Source of the DNA: a virus
Lineage: Duplodnaviria > Caudoviricetes
Direction: 5' to 3' (one strand)
DNA length: 28,966 bases
Virus record (IMG/VR): IMGVR_UViG_3300020045_002561
Location: 1-28,966 of that record
Each line of letters begins with the position of its first letter. Position 1 is the first letter of the stretch. Below, one piece after another: positions 24,744 to 28,966 of the stretch. The notes below the pieces were generated by a model. It saw only the letters and a list, made by a program, of their open reading frames with translations. It was not told where the DNA came from and made no database searches. Position numbers and translations under genes: made by a program.

Positions 24744-24852
24744 ATCTTTCGCGTTTAAGTGCTATATTTTTTCGTTTGGAATCCCTTACTAACTTTGTTG
24801 TATAAGTCAATAGAACGGCTAACAGGAAGAATGTCATTACAACGAAGGTCAT
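24676..24852 (-). CDS. Small single-TM peptide (58 aa)
   Basis: Manually read MTFVVMTFFLLAVLLTYTTKLVRDSKRKNIALKRERYGKERETKETERAKKTSGNTSK*; overlaps the Pro-rich ORF. Confidence 0.4.
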   Translation of the reverse strand: MTFVVMTFFLLAVLLTYTTKLVRDSKRKNIALKRERYGKERETKETERAKKTSGNTSK

Positions 24853-24879
24853 CACATATTTTTTATAAAGTTACGCCAT

Positions 24880-27813
24880 TTACTGTAATCCGTTATCTGC
24901 CTGAATCTCTAAATTAGGGAACGTCTTTCCGCTTGTTCCAAGTACTGCTGCGCCTCTTAAATCACCCGCTCCAATTGCCCCCATGTCGTATAAAGTTACC
25001 CACGGATTGTCAACTAATTTACGTTCGAAGTAAACATGATTGGTTGCCCTTTCTACCCTAAATCTAAACAAATTTCCAGCGACTTGCGAACCTCCTATGT
25101 TGTAAGCGAACGAAGCGCCCTGATAAACTGCTGTATTTGTATTCGTAAGAAAGTAAGCCCCGGCTAAAAGTTGCGAAGCTGAGTAAGTAAAAGTCGTGCT
25201 GTTGAGTACAAAACCTATCCGTGAATTGTCTGCCTGAGCGGTTGATTCGTATCCCCATTGAACCCATCCGTTTGAATTTGCTGGGATCATTTGGCTGGTT
25301 TCAATTCCCCCTGCACCGGTGGCCGTGGCCTTAGCGACTGTGATACTCGCATTTGAAGATGCACCGGCTACCCAATTCTCTGCGGCTGCTGGCACGATAT
25401 TATTGTCAATAGCGGTAGCTCCAAAAGAAGCCAGAACGTTTGGAGTAGATGCGATGTCTTGAAAGTTATTTGATCCAGAATAGGCAATAGTTGGAACATC
25501 AGAAGCGTTGAAAGCTACCGAAACCGTAAAGTAATGCCCTGTAGTCTGACCGGAATTTAAAGTAACGCTTGAAATAGTTTTCCCGGAAATAGTGAAATTT
25601 GAGAAAGTAGTTCCGGTTATAACCTCTGAACTGTTGAAATAAACCCGGCTCCTTTGGCCGTCTGTAATATTGTACCCTGAAAGCGTTGGTGCGGTAATGT
25701 CTGAAGTCGTGGTGAATGCCACCCGTGTAACGCTTGATTGCTCAATGTTGTTCAAAGTAACGAAAACGCAAAACAAGTAGTAATTCGTGGCCTCGTTTCC
25801 TCCTGTAATTACCGAAGGTACTACCGTTCCAACGTCATCAAGTTCCCCTTCAATTACAGGTTCGCCATTGACGTAATCTAATCCCGCGATAATTTGGGCC
25901 TTGCTTGGCTCGTTGTCTGTAGCTGAGACTATGTAATAAAGTATCCCGTCCTTGCTTGCTTCATATCCTAAAGTACCTCCTGACTGAGTTAATGAGGTCA
26001 TAGTAACCGGTGTGCTGAAGGTAGCTGGTGAAGTGTCGCCCGTCGGTGGTGTAATGGTTCTTTTTTCGTATCCAGAGTACGCTCCGAAAGTTGGGTCTTC
26101 ACCCAGGGCGATCATTGGGTATCCTCCAAGATCATTTAAGTAATCGGATATTGGAGCAAGCCTGTACGAAAGGTTAGTTGTTGCACCGTAAGCCGTTGAG
26201 GAAAAAGAGCTAATCGTTGGATCATTATTCGGTAAATCTGTGAAAAGAATATCCGACTCAGAACCTACCAACCGCACAAGATTGTTCACCCTTATACTGT
26301 CTAAAGTGTACCCATTCTCAACAATGTTAAATTCAGGCCAATCCCCTGCGCTTGCGCCAACTCTTAGGATGATGTTATTCGCGAATGTGAAACCAGAGAT
26401 GTTAAATCCGTCAGGCTGGCAATAAAATTCATAAACCTTTTTATCTGATCTTATAGTATTGTGTGCGAAGTGCATTTTAAAAGACCCCGCACCGGAACCG
26501 TTAAAGGTTTGACCATACATCGCGTGAGTTTCTGAAAAGCCACCAGCCGGGTATGTATCCACATCGAAGTAGTTTGAGAAAACAAAAATCTCACCCGGTG
26601 AAGTTTGACCCGCTTCAACATCCATCGGTGTACGGCCTGATTGACTATTGAATAGCATCTTCCCTCCAATGCCAATGTTGTTGTAAATAAACCCGGTGTT
26701 ACCGGCATTACAGCTAATAAAATTTTCTTGATCTTTTTCCTGATCTAATCCCCAATTTAAACCAACGTTATCATGCACACGCATATTAACACAACCGCCC
26801 ATTTGATAAGAATCACGACCAGTGCCGTTGCAATAGTTTCGGGCTATGACGCAATTCCTTCCTTTTGGTGGAGCGTTTCCTGATTGAGGCGCATCGTTAT
26901 TATACCCCATGTATATAAATTCCTGGCCTGTATTCGTTCCCGTGCAACGGTAAACGACAAGGTTTTCCATCACCCAGTTAGTAGAGTTCGATCCAGCGTC
27001 TATGTCTGGAATGAATGCTATGCCAGCCGCGAATGCTCCAATATTATGGGAGACATCTACGCCCATGACAAGCAAGTCCGTAAACTTGCCATTTTTGGCG
27101 ATCATTACCTGACCGCTTCCGTCTGTTAATCCTGTAAGATGAAGTCCGTTTGTTCCGTCTGACTTAAACCCGTCTACAATAATGTTTCTGCAATCACCAT
27201 AGAACCACCATGTATGCGCTATGCCTCCACTGGCCGTTAGATTTACGTCACCTTCAACCTGAAACCTGACATGGTTCTCAAGCCCTGCACCACCTTGTAA
27301 GTTGTTAGGAGAGATGTAACCAGTCCACGTTCCGGCTTTAATAAAAATCTTTAGCCCGGAATTGTCAGCACTCGCGAAGTCATTATAGTACGAAGTTCCT
27401 GCACTTATGACTATGTCGGCTTCCTCTTCTGTGAATCTTGGAAGGTTAATAAACCAAGCCCTATCCCATCGCTTTGTGTATGTGTCAACTGAGTTTTTGA
27501 CGGTAAGTTTTAGGTCGTAAAACCCTAAAGTTGAAATATAGAAGTTTGGATCTTGGTCAAATGAAACATCAAATAACTGTCGTGTCTCAGAGTCGTAAAC
27601 CTCCCACTTCCAGAATGTAATATTCTCACTCGTTGTTGCATCAACTGCAATCGCTGCGTTACTTCTCTGATCGTTCTTAAACGTTACCGTTACCGGTGTT
27701 ATCTCACTATCAGGCGTTGAAGTTTGAGCGTGAGTGCTATTGACGGCATGAAAAAATCTGCCCGGTTGAGCAAAAGACGAAATCGATATTAAGAGAAGGA
27801 ATAATATTCTCAT
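24880..27813 (-). CDS. Signal-peptide protein: PKD-like, parallel beta-helix, Ig-like and lectin-like domains (depolymerase/adhesin-like)
   Basis: MRILFLLLISISSFA|Q; W.W...QDPNF...GFYDLKLTVKN (PKD-like); Asn-ladder repeats (VIARNYC, VHDNVG, IYNNIG, FAHNTI, FANNII); DITAPTL-started Ig-like domains. Confidence 0.75.
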   Translation of the reverse strand: MRILFLLLISISSFAQPGRFFHAVNSTHAQTSTPDSEITPVTVTFKNDQRSNAAIAVDATTSENITFWKWEVYDSETRQLFDVSFDQDPNFYISTLGFYDLKLTVKNSVDTYTKRWDRAWFINLPRFTEEEADIVISAGTSYYNDFASADNSGLKIFIKAGTWTGYISPNNLQGGAGLENHVRFQVEGDVNLTASGGIAHTWWFYGDCRNIIVDGFKSDGTNGLHLTGLTDGSGQVMIAKNGKFTDLLVMGVDVSHNIGAFAAGIAFIPDIDAGSNSTNWVMENLVVYRCTGTNTGQEFIYMGYNNDAPQSGNAPPKGRNCVIARNYCNGTGRDSYQMGGCVNMRVHDNVGLNWGLDQEKDQENFISCNAGNTGFIYNNIGIGGKMLFNSQSGRTPMDVEAGQTSPGEIFVFSNYFDVDTYPAGGFSETHAMYGQTFNGSGAGSFKMHFAHNTIRSDKKVYEFYCQPDGFNISGFTFANNIILRVGASAGDWPEFNIVENGYTLDSIRVNNLVRLVGSESDILFTDLPNNDPTISSFSSTAYGATTNLSYRLAPISDYLNDLGGYPMIALGEDPTFGAYSGYEKRTITPPTGDTSPATFSTPVTMTSLTQSGGTLGYEASKDGILYYIVSATDNEPSKAQIIAGLDYVNGEPVIEGELDDVGTVVPSVITGGNEATNYYLFCVFVTLNNIEQSSVTRVAFTTTSDITAPTLSGYNITDGQRSRVYFNSSEVITGTTFSNFTISGKTISSVTLNSGQTTGHYFTVSVAFNASDVPTIAYSGSNNFQDIASTPNVLASFGATAIDNNIVPAAAENWVAGASSNASITVAKATATGAGGIETSQMIPANSNGWVQWGYESTAQADNSRIGFVLNSTTFTYSASQLLAGAYFLTNTNTAVYQGASFAYNIGGSQVAGNLFRFRVERATNHVYFERKLVDNPWVTLYDMGAIGAGDLRGAAVLGTSGKTFPNLEIQADNGLQ

Positions 27814-28652
27814 AACTGAGTAATCGTTACTTTAGCGAACACCGTCCATCGATAAGAATCAGCATCCCCACTATCTACAACTACTCGTATTAAATTTGAT
27901 GCTACGCTAATCGTTACGCTTGATGCAGCATCTGTTTCGTGCATGTATAGTTCCGATTCAGATCCAACCTCGACAACTGTAGTGCCGCCGTCCTTATTAA
28001 AAGTAGCTGCGTATTGTGCGCCTGTTGATTCCGAACCGTCAGATTTTACACCAACTACCGTGAAAATTATTGTAGCAGTTGCGTCTGTGTACCCATTCAT
28101 AATATTTATGTCCTGAGTAACACTAGTTCCAGCCGCGTCTATCCAAAGAGTTTCATAAGTCTTATGGGTAGTTGATCCGCTTGATTGGGTTTGTTTCACC
28201 TCAATACCACCGGTTATTGCATCAAGTGTTTTATCTGTCCATGTTGGGGCTGTTCCGGCCCCTGAGCTAGTCAACACCTGCCCACTTGTTCCAGCCGCAA
28301 GGTCTGTTAATCTGCCATTTGTAGTTGCAACAGGTATTTGGCCACTAGTTAAAGCAGCATCATTTAAAGTAAATTCCTTTCTTGCCGCCCCTGTTGTTAT
28401 GGTTCCATAAAACTTATCAGTTAAAAATTCAACACCCCCTGATTCAGCAGTAGTCATTAGTGATCCTGATGTAAACTTTAATGGTGCCGTTGATGCACCT
28501 GTGGTTCCTGCTCCTATGTGAAGTAGTGCCGTTGGTGTAGTTGTAGCACTTCCAATGTATTGTTTAGCAGCAACATTCAAATTCACACCGGACTGTAGAC
28601 CAAATCTTGTAGATGTTTTTTGAAGAACGTTCACAATACTACCAGCATTCAT
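27810..28652 (-). CDS. Tail fibre-like protein, probably 5'-truncated
   Basis: IG..TPTALLHIGAGTT, TAPLKFTSG...TTAESGGVEF and GTSGQVLTSSGAGTAPTW fibre motifs. The 20 N-terminal residues in the track are antisense to an unrelated segment. Confidence 0.75.
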   Translation of the reverse strand: MNAGSIVNVLQKTSTRFGLQSGVNLNVAAKQYIGSATTTPTALLHIGAGTTGASTAPLKFTSGSLMTTAESGGVEFLTDKFYGTITTGAARKEFTLNDAALTSGQIPVATTNGRLTDLAAGTSGQVLTSSGAGTAPTWTDKTLDAITGGIEVKQTQSSGSTTHKTYETLWIDAAGTSVTQDINIMNGYTDATATIIFTVVGVKSDGSESTGAQYAATFNKDGGTTVVEVGSESELYMHETDAASSVTISVASNLIRVVVDSGDADSYRWTVFAKVTITQL

Positions 28653-28680
28653 TAACCATTCATAATTAACATCCACACCC

Positions 28681-28966
28681 ATGGAACAAAAATTTAAAAA
28701 AGCAACCATTAACGGCGTACAGATTCCGGTTATCGTTGATAACCGCGCACTGATTGACTATAAGCGCCAAAAAGGTACAACCGAATGTACCAGCCTCGAA
28801 GATTTTTTACTCGTTACCTGGTATGGTATCAAATCGGGCGCAAGGCGTTCGGGCATGGAATTCAAAATGAGTTTCGAAGATTTTATTGACTATACCAGCG
28901 AACACGACGATTATATTCCATTGGACGAACCGGAAGCGAAAGCCGATGTGCCAGCCGACGAAGACA
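28681..28966 (+). CDS. Partial ORF resembling a tail assembly chaperone of another phage
   Basis: Manually read MEQKFKKATINGVQIPVIVDNRALIDYKRQKG...LVTWYGIKSGARRSGMEFKMSFEDFIDY...; open to the window end. Confidence 0.62.
   Translation, partial: MEQKFKKATINGVQIPVIVDNRALIDYKRQKGTTECTSLEDFLLVTWYGIKSGARRSGMEFKMSFEDFIDYTSEHDDYIPLDEPEAKADVPADED

Noticed and set aside
10697-27129. Other shadow or alternative-frame ORFs (e.g. 10697, 12279, 13009, 13506, 14206, 15718, 15791, 16497, 16701, 18606, 18809, 18963, 19646, 20402, 22266, 22584, 24611, 25064, 26240, 26451, 26884)
   Set aside because: They overlap better-supported genes or regulatory elements and lack protein-like features.
24880-28709. Diversity-generating retroelement or invertible fibre cassette
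   Set aside because: No reverse transcriptase or recombinase, and no adenine-variant repeat pair noticed by eye. A self dot-plot would be decisive.
28653-28709. MVAFLNFCSMG... as the true N-terminus of the fibre
   Set aside because: It is the reverse complement of the plus-strand ORF start and its leader, beyond the suspected junction.
1-28966. CRISPR array or stop-codon reassignment
   Set aside because: No regularly spaced repeats seen. Coding density is high in the standard code and TAA, TAG and TGA all end genes at sensible boundaries.

Overview
About 29 kb of an AT-rich tailed phage or prophage, probably a siphovirus infecting Bacteroidota. The host call rests on TAnnTTTG promoters, scarce Shine-Dalgarno motifs, signal peptides followed by Gln, and a DUF5675-type lysin with a lipoprotein spanin. 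A divergent control region at about 19.3 kb drives two arms. The leftward arm carries a ribbon-helix-helix (RHH) regulator, small early genes, a replication initiator with internal iterons, a DnaC-like ATPase, a DNA methylase, a GIY-YIG protein, NinG/Rap, two tRNA-shaped RNAs, then terS, terL, a frameshifting tail-chaperone-like gene, tail genes and a partial tape measure protein. The short rightward arm carries ssDNA-binding/recombination-like and membrane genes. It converges on a minus-strand block with a tail-fibre-like gene, a 977-aa signal-peptide beta-helix protein and a lysis cassette. Portal, capsid, major tail protein and integrase are not seen and probably lie outside the window. The last ~300 bp look like a junction to a different phage sequence. 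The best leads are RNA-level: two tandem non-canonical tRNA-like RNAs, a -1 frameshift with a perfect upstream SD, an attenuator/pseudoknot leader before the replication genes, probable leaderless mRNAs, and an antisense sRNA inside the lysis cassette. All family assignments are by motif recognition; no database searches were run.
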